From assembly GCA_963727775.1 (NCBI GenBank), contig CAVSHB010000001.1, positions 768,001 through 832,000 of the forward strand: a DNA stretch of 64,000 nt, written 5' to 3'. Origin of the DNA: an uncultured Nitrospiraceae bacterium (GTDB taxonomy: Bacteria; Nitrospirota; Thermodesulfovibrionia; Thermodesulfovibrionales; SM23-35). The notes below the pieces were generated by a model. The model was not told the DNA's origin. It was given only the letters and a program-made list of their open reading frames with translations, and ran no database searches. Below, piece by piece: positions 20,328 through 30,263 of this stretch. A program made the position numbers and the translations under genes. Position 1 is the first letter of the stretch. Each line of letters starts with the position of its first letter.

Positions 20328-21728
20328 ATGGGAGTACTTGAGGTTGCCAAAAAATTTATAAAGTTATCATCATTTGCGGAAAGAGCTGCTCTGAATATTT
20401 GTGAACGTTTACCGCGCTCTCTCTGGTATAGGATATTTTGCGGACCAACATTTTTTTACTGGCTATCCTTTTTGAAGGAATCAGAATATTGGGACAAAGA
20501 CAGGTTCTTTAATTACCAATTTGAACAGACAAAGAATCTCCTTGTACATGCAATGAACAATGTTCCCTACTATAGAAGACTTTTTTCAGATACCGGTTTC
20601 CGACCTCATAAAATGCAGAGTTTAGACTATTTAGAGTCCCTTCCTTATCTCAGTAAAGAAGTGGTAAGGGACCATCCCGATCAGTTCATTGATGAGCGTA
20701 TAGCATCGAACTCCCTCGTTGAGAAACGCACGAGCGGTTCTACCGGTATCCCGATGACCGTCTATGAAACTCGTGAGTCTCATGCAGCATTCCATGCCTT
20801 CAGAGCGAACCTGTTGGATAGAGTGGGCTACACCCTGAACTCAAGGGAAGTGATACTGTGGCCATTCATTAAGATAGGGCAAAGGAAAAACCTTCCGTTT
20901 ATGAGATACGGCAATAAACTGATCTTTTCCATACGATATCTGACCGGGGAATGGCTTTCCCGATGCTATGATATGATAAGTAAGTTCAACCCCGAGTATA
21001 TTTCCGGCTATCCATCTTCCCTGACTGTTCTTTCATCCTTTATCAAAAGCAATAGTCTGCCTTCCGCTAAGAAGTTAAGGGCGGTTATCACTTATTCAGA
21101 AACCCTTTATGGATGGCAAAGGGACCTTATAGAAAAGGCTTTTGACACCAGGGTTTTTCCCATGTATTCCATGGTGGAGTGCGCAGTACTTGGCGGTGAC
21201 TGTGAACACTCCACAGATATCCACACGTACCCCCAATATGGTTTGACAGAGCTTGTGGAGTCGGTTGAAGGTCATAAGGAAATCGTTGCCACTGGATTCA
21301 CGAATTATGCCATGCCATTTATACGGTACAAGACATGCGATCTGGTGACAGGGTCCAAAGAATCCTGCCCGAAATGCGGACGCAATCACAGAACGTTAAA
21401 GACAATAGAAGGCAGGATACAGGACTTCCTTGTGGGGAAGACCGGTGAGATAATACCCAGGCTTATGCCTTGGATAAAGACCTTTCCCAATGTGCTTCAG
21501 CTGCAATTTTATCAGGAAGAGCCGGGAAGAGCTTATTTGAAAATTGTCAGAGGGAATGCATATGCAGATAGAGATACTAACTACATCAAGGAAAGGCTTG
21601 ACGAGATGCTTGGCTTGATGACCACTCAAATTGCGATAGAAATAGTTTTTGTCGATCATATTCAATCGACTTCGTCAGGAAAGGTTAGGATGGTGGACCA
21701 GAAACTGGACTTGAAGCATTTTTTATGA
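20328..21728 (+). CDS. Phenylacetate-CoA ligase/CapK-family adenylating enzyme, paralog 1
   Basis: TSGSTGIP, GYPSSL, MPFIRYKTCD, IEGRIQD, SSGK. Confidence 0.88.
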   Translation: MGVLEVAKKFIKLSSFAERAALNICERLPRSLWYRIFCGPTFFYWLSFLKESEYWDKDRFFNYQFEQTKNLLVHAMNNVPYYRRLFSDTGFRPHKMQSLDYLESLPYLSKEVVRDHPDQFIDERIASNSLVEKRTSGSTGIPMTVYETRESHAAFHAFRANLLDRVGYTLNSREVILWPFIKIGQRKNLPFMRYGNKLIFSIRYLTGEWLSRCYDMISKFNPEYISGYPSSLTVLSSFIKSNSLPSAKKLRAVITYSETLYGWQRDLIEKAFDTRVFPMYSMVECAVLGGDCEHSTDIHTYPQYGLTELVESVEGHKEIVATGFTNYAMPFIRYKTCDLVTGSKESCPKCGRNHRTLKTIEGRIQDFLVGKTGEIIPRLMPWIKTFPNVLQLQFYQEEPGRAYLKIVRGNAYADRDTNYIKERLDEMLGLMTTQIAIEIVFVDHIQSTSSGKVRMVDQKLDLKHFL

Positions 21729-21761
21729 AACGGGAATTAGAAGGAGGTAGGGGTTAGCGAT

Positions 21762-23705
21762 ATGTGCGGGATATTGGGAATGATTTCACGTGATCTACCC
21801 CAAACCACAGTCATCAGGGAGGCACTGAACTCTATTAAGCACCGAGGGCCTGATGACGAAGGATACTTATTCCTCAACACCTTTGATGGCAACTGTATCC
21901 AGGCGTTAGGTGATGATGCCTGCTCAGATCTCCAGGGTAAGTATAAAAATATAAAAGATGCGGACATAACAACTTCGCACGCTATGCTCGGGCATAGAAG
22001 ACTCGCCATCATTGATGTATCCTCAAGGGGGCATCAGCCCATGAATTATGACAACGGCAATCTCTGGATTACGTACAATGGCGAGATTTTCAATTACAAG
22101 GAACTGAAGATGGAATTGCAGGCAAGTGGATACCGTTTTTCTTCAGGTACCGACACAGAGGTGATACTCGCTGCGTACTCAAAATGGGGAGAGGACTGTG
22201 TTAACAGATTCAATGGCCAATGGGCGTTCTGTATCTACGATAAGAGGAACAAAATGTTTTTTTGTTCAAGGGACAGATTTGGGATAAAGCCCTTTTATTA
22301 CTGGTTTGACGGCAGGAATTTTGCTTTTGCTTCAGAAATCAAGGTACTTCTGAAAATACCCTTTGTGAAAAGAGAGATAAACAGAGAGTTGATGTTTGAA
22401 TTTATTGTGTTCCATATGATGCACCATTCAGAAGAGAACATGTACAAAGGTATTTATCAACTCCTGCCCTCACACAACCTTACTTTTGATCTGGAGAGAC
22501 AGTGTATTTTGGTCAAGAGATACTATGAATTGCCCTTTAATGAGGAATTGGGCAGATATGATGAGCGACAAGCGTTAAGATATGCGGATGACATCAGGGA
22601 TTTGCTCGTTGATGCAGTAAAAGTGCGGCTGATATCTGATGTTCCTGTTGGGAGCTGCCTATCAGGGGGACTGGATTCCTCTTCTATTGTGGCCATTATC
22701 AATAAGCTTTTAAAGGCAGGAACCATTAGTGAAAGATCAATTGGCGAAAAGCAAAAAACCTTTACCGCATCCTTTGACGACCCTTTAATTGATGAGAAGC
22801 TTTATGCAGATGAGGTTATCAAACACACCGGAATTGAAAGCTTTTTCGTTTATCCCACAGCAGAGAGGTTGTGGAAGGAACTTGATAATTTCCTGTTTTA
22901 TCATGACGAACTCTGCAAAAACACGAACATCTATGCAGGGTGGGAAGTGATGCGCCTGGCATCACGCCACGTTAAGGTGGTATTGAACGGCCAGGGAGGC
23001 GATGAACTTTTTGGAGGGTATCCCCAGTACGAACCGGTTTATCTGGCAGACCTGATAAAAAAAATGCGGGTGAAAGACCTTTGTCTATTCTTGTCAGGGA
23101 GAAGTAAGCGGTATAGTCTAAAGCGCTCTTTTTCTGATGGTGTAATGGGCTGTTATATTGCGTTCATTCCTGACAGTCTCAAGAAATATCTATTCAAGAA
23201 AAGGAATAGGGAACAATTTAAACACATTAAGAATCTTTTGGGGGATTTAGACTTTGATGAGAGAGGCCTTAAAAGAATGACGGAACGATTGAGATCATTG
23301 AATTATCTCCTCCATTGCGATATAACGAAAGATTATTTGAGGGAGCTTCTTAAGGACGATGACAGAAATGCATCAGCATTTTCCATTGAAAATCGTGTAC
23401 CTTTTATTGACCATAGGCTTGTTGAATATGTATCGGGAATCCCTTCCATCTATAAAATTTACAACGGCTGGAGCAAATGGCTCCTCAGGCTCGCAATGAG
23501 AGAATTACTGCCAGAGAAGATACTATGGAGAAAAGACAAGATCGGCTTTGCAACGCCGTTTGAGAGCTGGATGCGGCATAAAGATTCTCCCATTCCATTC
23601 GTAATGTCTCAGTATTGGCTGCGAGGTAACGTCCCGTTTTTTCTGTGGAAGATTTACCTTGTGCAGAGATTGCTTGCACGAGATGGTCAGAATGTCTCTG
23701 CCTGA
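21762..23705 (+). CDS. asnB: Asparagine synthase (glutamine-hydrolysing)-family amidotransferase
   Basis: N-terminal MCGI, HRGPD, SGGLDSS, GQGGDELFGGY. Confidence 0.92.
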   Translation: MCGILGMISRDLPQTTVIREALNSIKHRGPDDEGYLFLNTFDGNCIQALGDDACSDLQGKYKNIKDADITTSHAMLGHRRLAIIDVSSRGHQPMNYDNGNLWITYNGEIFNYKELKMELQASGYRFSSGTDTEVILAAYSKWGEDCVNRFNGQWAFCIYDKRNKMFFCSRDRFGIKPFYYWFDGRNFAFASEIKVLLKIPFVKREINRELMFEFIVFHMMHHSEENMYKGIYQLLPSHNLTFDLERQCILVKRYYELPFNEELGRYDERQALRYADDIRDLLVDAVKVRLISDVPVGSCLSGGLDSSSIVAIINKLLKAGTISERSIGEKQKTFTASFDDPLIDEKLYADEVIKHTGIESFFVYPTAERLWKELDNFLFYHDELCKNTNIYAGWEVMRLASRHVKVVLNGQGGDELFGGYPQYEPVYLADLIKKMRVKDLCLFLSGRSKRYSLKRSFSDGVMGCYIAFIPDSLKKYLFKKRNREQFKHIKNLLGDLDFDERGLKRMTERLRSLNYLLHCDITKDYLRELLKDDDRNASAFSIENRVPFIDHRLVEYVSGIPSIYKIYNGWSKWLLRLAMRELLPEKILWRKDKIGFATPFESWMRHKDSPIPFVMSQYWLRGNVPFFLWKIYLVQRLLARDGQNVSA

Positions 23706-23929
23706 TGAGTTCTTGAGTAGGGGTTCTCTACTTTATTGAGCGCTTATTGGCGCCGCGGGTAACTACTCGTTACCTTCATCTGTCAGCTTTCCATTGACTA
23801 TCTATTTCCAAAAGAATCTCTCGCCTGTGGCAGAAAAGCGACAGTGACGTATAGCAGGAAGTAGCAAACGCTGAATATTTAGATAAAAAGCTGTTACGAC
23901 CATGGGGAAGAAAAGAATAGTTTTTTAAC

Positions 23930-23955
23930 ATAGACACAAAATATAGACACAAAAT
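23930..23955. repeat. Tandem 13-bp direct repeat
   Basis: ATAGACACAAAAT x2. Confidence 0.7.
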
Positions 23956-24059
23956 AAAGAGAGCCAATTTAAGGGTTGTGCCTGATTGGACAGTCTTCCT
24001 GCACCGGCAACTTCTGCCTGCATTGGCAGGATGACTAAATACCCTTATATGGCTCCAGA

Positions 24060-24236
24060 ATAACTTGCGATCTCAGTTCCGGGATACCTTGAACTCTTTC
24101 GTCTAAGTGGGTGCTTCGGTAGATGCCTTTAGGTTTCCTCCTCGCTGCTGGAGGCTTACTCACCGACACCTAACTCCTGCTTCCCCTTCTACGTTTGATC
24201 CTCAGGTTTAATCCGTCCTGAGTATCGCAATTTCTT
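24060..24236 (-). ncRNA. 6S RNA-like structured RNA
   Basis: Closing stem TTGCGAT-A-CTCAG / CTGAG-ATCGCAA, internal GGGAAGC and GCACCCACTT...GAGTTCAAG; TATAAT just upstream. Confidence 0.55.
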
Positions 24237-24545
24237 CTCTTGATTATAAGATTACTCTTTTTTAGAGTTATTTCAAGAGCTGATTAATTGATAAAAATGA
24301 TGTCTGCAGTCAATCTAATCCGGATTATAATTGTTATTGATTAATATCCCTCTCAATCATCAGTATTTAAGGTCTTTTAAGGCTTGTATTGAAAATCAGT
24401 CAAGGCTTTTCCCAAGCGTATAAAATAATGCTATGAAGTTGAAGTATGCACTGCGCTGTGCTTCCTTGCAGTTCACACCCTTGGGGTTTGCTATAATGAT
24501 AAATATTACAAACGGTATTAATTACTTGCTAAGGAGGGACTACGA

Positions 24546-24974
24546 ATGAAGGGTAGCAAAGGTTTATTCTCGACAGGATGTGTACTCTTAATTCTCTTAA
24601 GCTGGATGCCAGCTCTTGCGAATGAAACGGCTGAAGAAAGAGCAAATAAGGCTTCTGATACGTGGCTAAAATTAATTGATAACAATCAATATGCAAAAAG
24701 CTGGGAAATAGCTGCTGAACTCTTTAAGAACTTTGTTAGTGAGGACCAGTGGAATCAATCACTTAATGCAGTACGAAAAACCCTTGGAAAAGTTATAGAA
24801 AGAACTGTGAAGTCAAAGCAGTACACCACGACTTTGCCGGGAGCGCCGGATGGCGAATATGTTGTCATTCAGTATGCAACTTCCTTTGAAAATAAGAAAT
24901 CCGCAATTGAGACTGTTACCCCCATGCTTGATAAAGACGGTAAATGGCGAGTATCTGGGTACTACATAAAATAG
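24546..24974 (+). CDS. DUF4019-domain exported protein
   Basis: Signal peptide; WLKLIDNNQYAKSW, LPGAPDGEYVVIQY, WRVSGYYIK. Confidence 0.85.
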   Translation: MKGSKGLFSTGCVLLILLSWMPALANETAEERANKASDTWLKLIDNNQYAKSWEIAAELFKNFVSEDQWNQSLNAVRKTLGKVIERTVKSKQYTTTLPGAPDGEYVVIQYATSFENKKSAIETVTPMLDKDGKWRVSGYYIK

Positions 24975-25143
24975 AATAGCCCAATATGATGGTTGACTAT
25001 CCTAATATGAAAGAGCACCATTGATAACTTTTTCTTTCTGTACTCGATATTTTCAAAACTTGATATAATGTGCATAGTACAATCGGAAATTATCAATGAA
25101 AAGATTTTCGCGACACAGGACTCGATAGGGAAGAGAACATATT

Positions 25144-25698
25144 ATGAAACTTACACATACACAGGTAGGCTATCTTACCGTTGCGGTTGTTATTCTCATT
25201 TTCTACTCACCGTCCGCCGCCGATATATATAAGTACATTGACGATAACGGCAACGCCAGATTTACCGACGATCCGGGGGATAAGGCTCAAATAGTATCCC
25301 GCGACGCTCAGGATAGTAACAGTCTGACCGAGACGTCTTTCAAACTTGTAGACAATCATATCGTGGTTCCGGTCACAGTCAGCTACAAGGGGCGTGAGGT
25401 CAAAGGTCAGTTTGTGTTTGATACCGGCGCTGCTACCTCGCTCATCAGTCCGAATATTGCTAGGCAGCTGGAAATAAACTCTAGATACGACCATCATTCG
25501 TGGATACAAGGGGTCGGGGGGATCACCTTGGCTGGTTCGGTGGTCCTCGATTCGATCAGCATCGGCCCGAGACGGGTTAGTAGTGTCAAAGTGCCGGTTA
25601 CCTCGGTCGGAAGTTACGACGGCCTGCTCGGCAATGATCTGCTGAAAAGTTCCCGCTTCCAGATAGACTACGAAGACCGTCTCATCCGTTGGCAATGA
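25144..25698 (+). CDS. DUF4124 plus retropepsin-like aspartic protease
   Basis: ADIYKYIDDNGNARFTDDP; FVFDTGA; GLLGNDLL. Confidence 0.85.
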   Translation: MKLTHTQVGYLTVAVVILIFYSPSAADIYKYIDDNGNARFTDDPGDKAQIVSRDAQDSNSLTETSFKLVDNHIVVPVTVSYKGREVKGQFVFDTGAATSLISPNIARQLEINSRYDHHSWIQGVGGITLAGSVVLDSISIGPRRVSSVKVPVTSVGSYDGLLGNDLLKSSRFQIDYEDRLIRWQ

Positions 25699-25898
25699 GT
25701 GCCGCACGTATGTGGTACCAAACGGAATATGGGGTCAGGTCTATAAAAAGTGACGACGGGTCACCCGTTGACGTGGGACAAGGAGAGTCCATGTGCAAGC
25801 TTCCTTCCTGAAAGCCGCAAGAATAATCTGTGATATAATTGTCCAGATTATAAATGGTAATCGGCGGCTTGCAAATTATTCGTAGACATGTTCGGTGA

Positions 25899-26699
25899 AT
25901 GACTATAAACATTACGAAATGTGCGCACATTATGGTAATCATACTAATGCTATCGGGGTGTGATCTTCAATACAAACTTCTCTATTACCCAAATACCTCT
26001 ATGCCCTCTAAGGATGTACTCACTGCCAACAACATTCAATGCTAGCCATCAAATGCAGGCAATTATAAAGGGTTTGTCAGCACCGCCGAGAGCACTCACT
26101 TAATGGGCACAATTATAGTTTTTCACGGGAATGCTGGCACGGCAGCAGATAGGACCTACTATATAGAAGCTTTGGCACCATTGGGGTATCGGGTTATCCT
26201 TGCAGAATATCCAGGGTATGGAGCAAGAGTAGGGAAATTGGGAGAAAAGGCATTTGTAAGCGATGCGAAAGAAATAGTACACGATGTCTACAAACATTAT
26301 GGGAGTCCTATTTTTCTTTTAGGAGAATCTTTAGGATGCGGCGTAGCAGCGGCGGTAGCGAAGGAACCGCCTGTTACCATCGACGGAATATTTCTCATTA
26401 CCCCTTGGGATACGCTCCTGTCTGTTGCTAAATCTAAATTCTCTTGGCTTCCGTTACAGTTCTTTATGAAAGACAAATATGACAGCATGAGTAGTCTTAA
26501 AGGCTATCAGGGAAGGATTGCTATAGTGGGAGCGGAAAGGGATGAGGTAATACCAATGAGGCACGCTGTTGCATTATATCAATCATTACCTGGAAGAAAA
26601 GCCATGTGGGTGGTTAAGGGGGCGGGGCACAACGATTGGCCAATGATTGTAGACAAACTGTGGTGGCGAGAAATTATGGAATTCCTCTCTACAAAATAA
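25899..26699 (+). pseudogene. Alpha/beta hydrolase lipoprotein with in-frame TAG at 26043-26045
   Basis: ATG 25899, lipobox LSGC, LLYYP, TAG, then same frame FHGNAG, GESLG, GAGHND. Confidence 0.75.
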
Positions 26700-26840
26700 C
26701 TTCTGAAGCAAACATTTACTAACCTTGAAATAGTTCTGAGGAGTACGAATGGAATTGATGGGGAAAGCTCATCGAGCCTCAAAAGTGTGTCTAAAGAAGG
26801 AACAGATATTTCGCAAGGCGTGTCCCATTCTATATAAAAT

Positions 26841-27209
26841 ATGTCGATAATCAAAGAAGATGAGATTAGAGAAGACCGCATTCTCATGGAAATTGTCGTT
26901 GACGCTTACAACGAGGAAGAGCGTTCACTGGGATGGTATTATTACCTCGAAGACAAACTGAGATTTCCATTCAAAGCGAAGTGTATTGCTACAAGAAAAA
27001 CATCGCCACTTCTTATCGGGGAGGAAGTAGAAGTAACAAAGATGGCCCCAGAAACGGAGTGTGAGCATGATATGTTTGTCATGATCATCTGGCAAAAACG
27101 ATCTTTGGCGGTTCCATTGTGCCAGCTCAAAGTATCTAAGGCAGATAAGCAGACCATAGAAGCCGTTGCCGATTGGCATTACTGGGTGAAGAGAGGATAT
27201 GAGTTTTGA
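26841..27209 (+). CDS. CcbP-like calcium-binding family protein
   Basis: EIVVDAYNEEE..GWYYYLEDKLRFPFKAKC...DWHYW. Confidence 0.8.
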   Translation: MSIIKEDEIREDRILMEIVVDAYNEEERSLGWYYYLEDKLRFPFKAKCIATRKTSPLLIGEEVEVTKMAPETECEHDMFVMIIWQKRSLAVPLCQLKVSKADKQTIEAVADWHYWVKRGYEF

Positions 27210-27497
27210 GCAGAATCATAGGCAACAATCCTTCCTCTTCTAAACAACGCGTCTGGACGCGCTTCCCAGAAGGAATAGTGCCCCTGTAAGTTTGCATTGG
27301 AAGTGGTTGAAATTATTGAGTATTACCGTTAGAAAGATATATACTTGTCGAAGCATTCGAGTACAGGATCGTTGGAAAGGTTGAGGAGAATGTGTAGCGT
27401 GCGATATATATAATGGTGCAAAAGGGCAAGCTTTTTTGTCGAAAATGCCATTATTTCGTGAGCAACAGCATTTTGGATAGACTCTGCTTGTATAAAA

Positions 27498-28331
27498 ATG
27501 AAAACAATACTGATTTTAAAAGACATTGTTAGGCCCAACTGGCGTTATTTAATCGACGCTATCTCTTTGAGATGGAAAAAACTTGGCTATAAAGTTTTAA
27601 CTCATTATGGGACAAAAAACCTTCCAGATGCTGATATAGTCATTCTGCATGTCGATGCAACTATTGTCCCGGACAAATTTGTTGAGTGTCTAGCAAAATA
27701 CCCCGTTGTATTGAATCGCGACGTTATAGACATTTCCAAAACCAAGATTAGCAGAAATATTGTGAGGCAGTATGACGACTATTCCGAGCCTGTCATAGTA
27801 AAGACGAACGCGAATTTTGGTGGTGTGCCAGAGGCGACTTATAACCGTATATCCTCCCCAAAAAGGTGGTGGCTCGGATGGCTATTGACAATGATGCGAA
27901 ACTGGGAGAAAGTTGATGTGCTGAATCCAGATAAGTATCCAGTTTTTAAGAATAAAGAAAGCATACCCGTCGGAGTATGGAAAAACAAAAATTTGATAGT
28001 TGAAAAATTTCTACCTGAAAGGATAGACGGTTTATTTTTTCTAAGATACTGGATTTTTTTCGGTGAAGAGGGATGGGCAGGCCGATTTGGAGCTACGAAA
28101 CCGATTGTGAAGTTCGGTGCGATGGCGACAAAAGATGAGTCCGTACCTGTGCCGGAAGAATTAAGAATATTGAGGAAAAGCCTTGGTTTTGATTATGGCC
28201 GTTTCGACTATGCGGTACACAACGGGGAGACAATTCTTTATGATGCAAACAAAACCTTGGGGGGCGCACATCATTTGGAGGATTATTCAGCTCAGCTGGA
28301 TTTACTAGCAAGCGGAATTAACGGGTTTTAA
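27498..28331 (+). CDS. Divergent ATP-grasp-like protein
   Basis: PVIVKTNANFGG, IVEKFLPE, GFDYGRFDY, YDANKT. Confidence 0.7.
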   Translation: MKTILILKDIVRPNWRYLIDAISLRWKKLGYKVLTHYGTKNLPDADIVILHVDATIVPDKFVECLAKYPVVLNRDVIDISKTKISRNIVRQYDDYSEPVIVKTNANFGGVPEATYNRISSPKRWWLGWLLTMMRNWEKVDVLNPDKYPVFKNKESIPVGVWKNKNLIVEKFLPERIDGLFFLRYWIFFGEEGWAGRFGATKPIVKFGAMATKDESVPVPEELRILRKSLGFDYGRFDYAVHNGETILYDANKTLGGAHHLEDYSAQLDLLASGINGF

Positions 28332-28358
28332 TGTAAGTGTAATAGGGGAGGAAACCAC

Positions 28359-29267
28359 ATGGCACAGAATCAGGAGAATGTACAATTGTTCAAAAGTGTT
28401 TGGAGTAACTTGTGTGTACCGGTTCGGCCTGGACCAGAGGGATTAAATCTGTATCGCGTCCAGATGCAGCGTTTCCCTGAAAAACATATTCTGGTATTGG
28501 GAGCTACCCCGGAATTGGTAGATATGGCCCTTGAACTCAATGCCATGAAGGTGGTCAGCGTTGAACGTAATCCGGAGATAATGGAAGCAATGAGAGAACT
28601 CGGGACAAAAGATTGGACTAAAGTGCAACTGGTTGCAGGTGATTGGCTTGAAGAGCGTCCAGATTTCTATGCTTCTTTTAACTGTGTCGTCTGCGACGGC
28701 GGATTGTTATTTCTAGAATATCCCGGACAATGGGAACAGTTATTCAATCTGGTTTATAGCTATCTGACACCAAGCGGAGTTTTCGTGGCAAAAGAATGGG
28801 CGGAACCACTTGGCGACCGGGATTACGAACCCTTTAAAGAGAAAATGATCGGACGCTTTGAAGCCGAAAGTAAGGGTCAGAATCGCGCAGAGCTGATGGA
28901 ATTATATATCCGCCTCGCCTCAGAGCTGCGGCTTGCTACATTCATCAAAACTACTCGAAAAGACGGATCTTTCGATCAGGATATACTGGTGAAACGACTC
29001 GATACTCTTTTAGATGAGCTTAGCCAAAGATTTCCTGACCCGGTGATGGTTCAGATTGCTCAGGCGGCGCTAAAATATCTGGCAAGATCGCAACCAGACA
29101 AAACTGATGTCATCACTGGTGTGGGGTTTGAGAACGCGGAAAAACTCCTTTGTAAGCTCGGATTCAAGTCTGAGCACTTCCCGTTACCAGACCCCCCAAT
29201 ACCCGGTGCAAATTATATGGTCGTGGCCCATAAAACAAGTGATATCTCTAAATGTGTTGTTTTCTAA
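28359..29267 (+). CDS. Class I SAM-dependent methyltransferase-like protein
   Basis: ILVLGATPE, VSVER, GDWLE, VVCDGG, LTPSGVF. Confidence 0.7.
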   Translation: MAQNQENVQLFKSVWSNLCVPVRPGPEGLNLYRVQMQRFPEKHILVLGATPELVDMALELNAMKVVSVERNPEIMEAMRELGTKDWTKVQLVAGDWLEERPDFYASFNCVVCDGGLLFLEYPGQWEQLFNLVYSYLTPSGVFVAKEWAEPLGDRDYEPFKEKMIGRFEAESKGQNRAELMELYIRLASELRLATFIKTTRKDGSFDQDILVKRLDTLLDELSQRFPDPVMVQIAQAALKYLARSQPDKTDVITGVGFENAEKLLCKLGFKSEHFPLPDPPIPGANYMVVAHKTSDISKCVVF

Positions 29268-29362
29268 CGAAACGAGAAGGCTGAACCCTATCATTCACTG
29301 TCCGTCAGATCAAGTATTAGTAAATATATTTAATACCTGTCGTTATTTATTTTATAGGGAAA

Positions 29363-29538
29363 ACCACTGACAATGTCAGTGGTGGGGTGTGGGGGCGGAG
29401 ACCCCACACCTTTGGCGAACCGACAAGGTCGGTGAGCCTTATATGGAATTAATGAAAACTCCTTATCAGGCGAGGCGAAGGACATTGTCCGTAGTCTCGC
29501 CGCACTGCAAGCCACCGACAAGGTCGGTGGTAGTTGAC
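29363..29538. mobile_element. Non-autonomous IS200/IS605-like hairpin element
   Basis: Three related hairpins (29363-83, 29419-33, 29512-30); minus-strand end GTCAACTACC-hairpin-GCTTG. Confidence 0.55.
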
Positions 29539-30070
29539 TGATGTAGAAAATAGTTTTTAAAAAGGACGCGATTCAATATCTCGCCCTTTTTATTTCATCT
29601 TTCAAATGTTAAGTTTCATTTCTACACATATCTTCAAATTCAGGTGGACCAAACAAAAAAGCTTACGGTTGCACTTAGGAGATTACTCGCCTGGGAGGGA
29701 ATATGTTATTCAGAGATTTTTGCAGCAAATAAAATCAGCACTCGAAGCGCTTGATTGTAAAGGGAATGTTAAGACCCTGATGCCTGTCTCACTCAGACAT
29801 AGTGTAATAAGATCATGGGAAAAGGACAGCGTGAGCCGCTTTATTAGCTCTATTGTAACTTTTGCACTGGATAAATACTATTGCTACAATTCCCATATCG
29901 TTACTATGCATCAATGAGAAAAGGACTAATAAAAGCTTCTGCAAAGATGTACGATTTACGAAAGGAATGTTAAATCTCAACGGTCGTTCCTTCATGGTGA
30001 GTCTGAAAAATCACTTGCCCCGTCCATTGTAAAGTTCGCAGATATAATAGACGGTACCTTTATTGCGCGA

Positions 30071-30213
30071 CTAGGAGTCTGTCGGACTTAGCGTGTTTTC
30101 GGCAAAAATGAATGATTTTGGGTGTCCAGTTTGCCCTAAAAAAGTTTTTTAAGCGAAGGGCTTCTCAGGAGGTCGACTTTTCAAAAAATATTGAAAGTCC
30201 GACAGGCTCCTAG
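30071..30213. mobile_element. MITE with terminal inverted repeats bounded by CTAG
   Basis: CTAGGAGTCTGTCGGACTT ... AAGTCCGACAGGCTCCTAG (one mismatch). Confidence 0.75.
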
Positions 30214-30263
30214 AGGTTAATTCATCGGAGGCTATGCATCACATGTCGTATTTATCATGTCTG

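Noticed and set aside
21762..23705. AsnB as a lasso-peptide cyclase, or ATP-grasp genes as a graspetide cluster
   Set aside because: AsnB has an intact N-terminal Cys glutaminase domain; no precursor, B protein or RRE seen; the context is GT2/CapK
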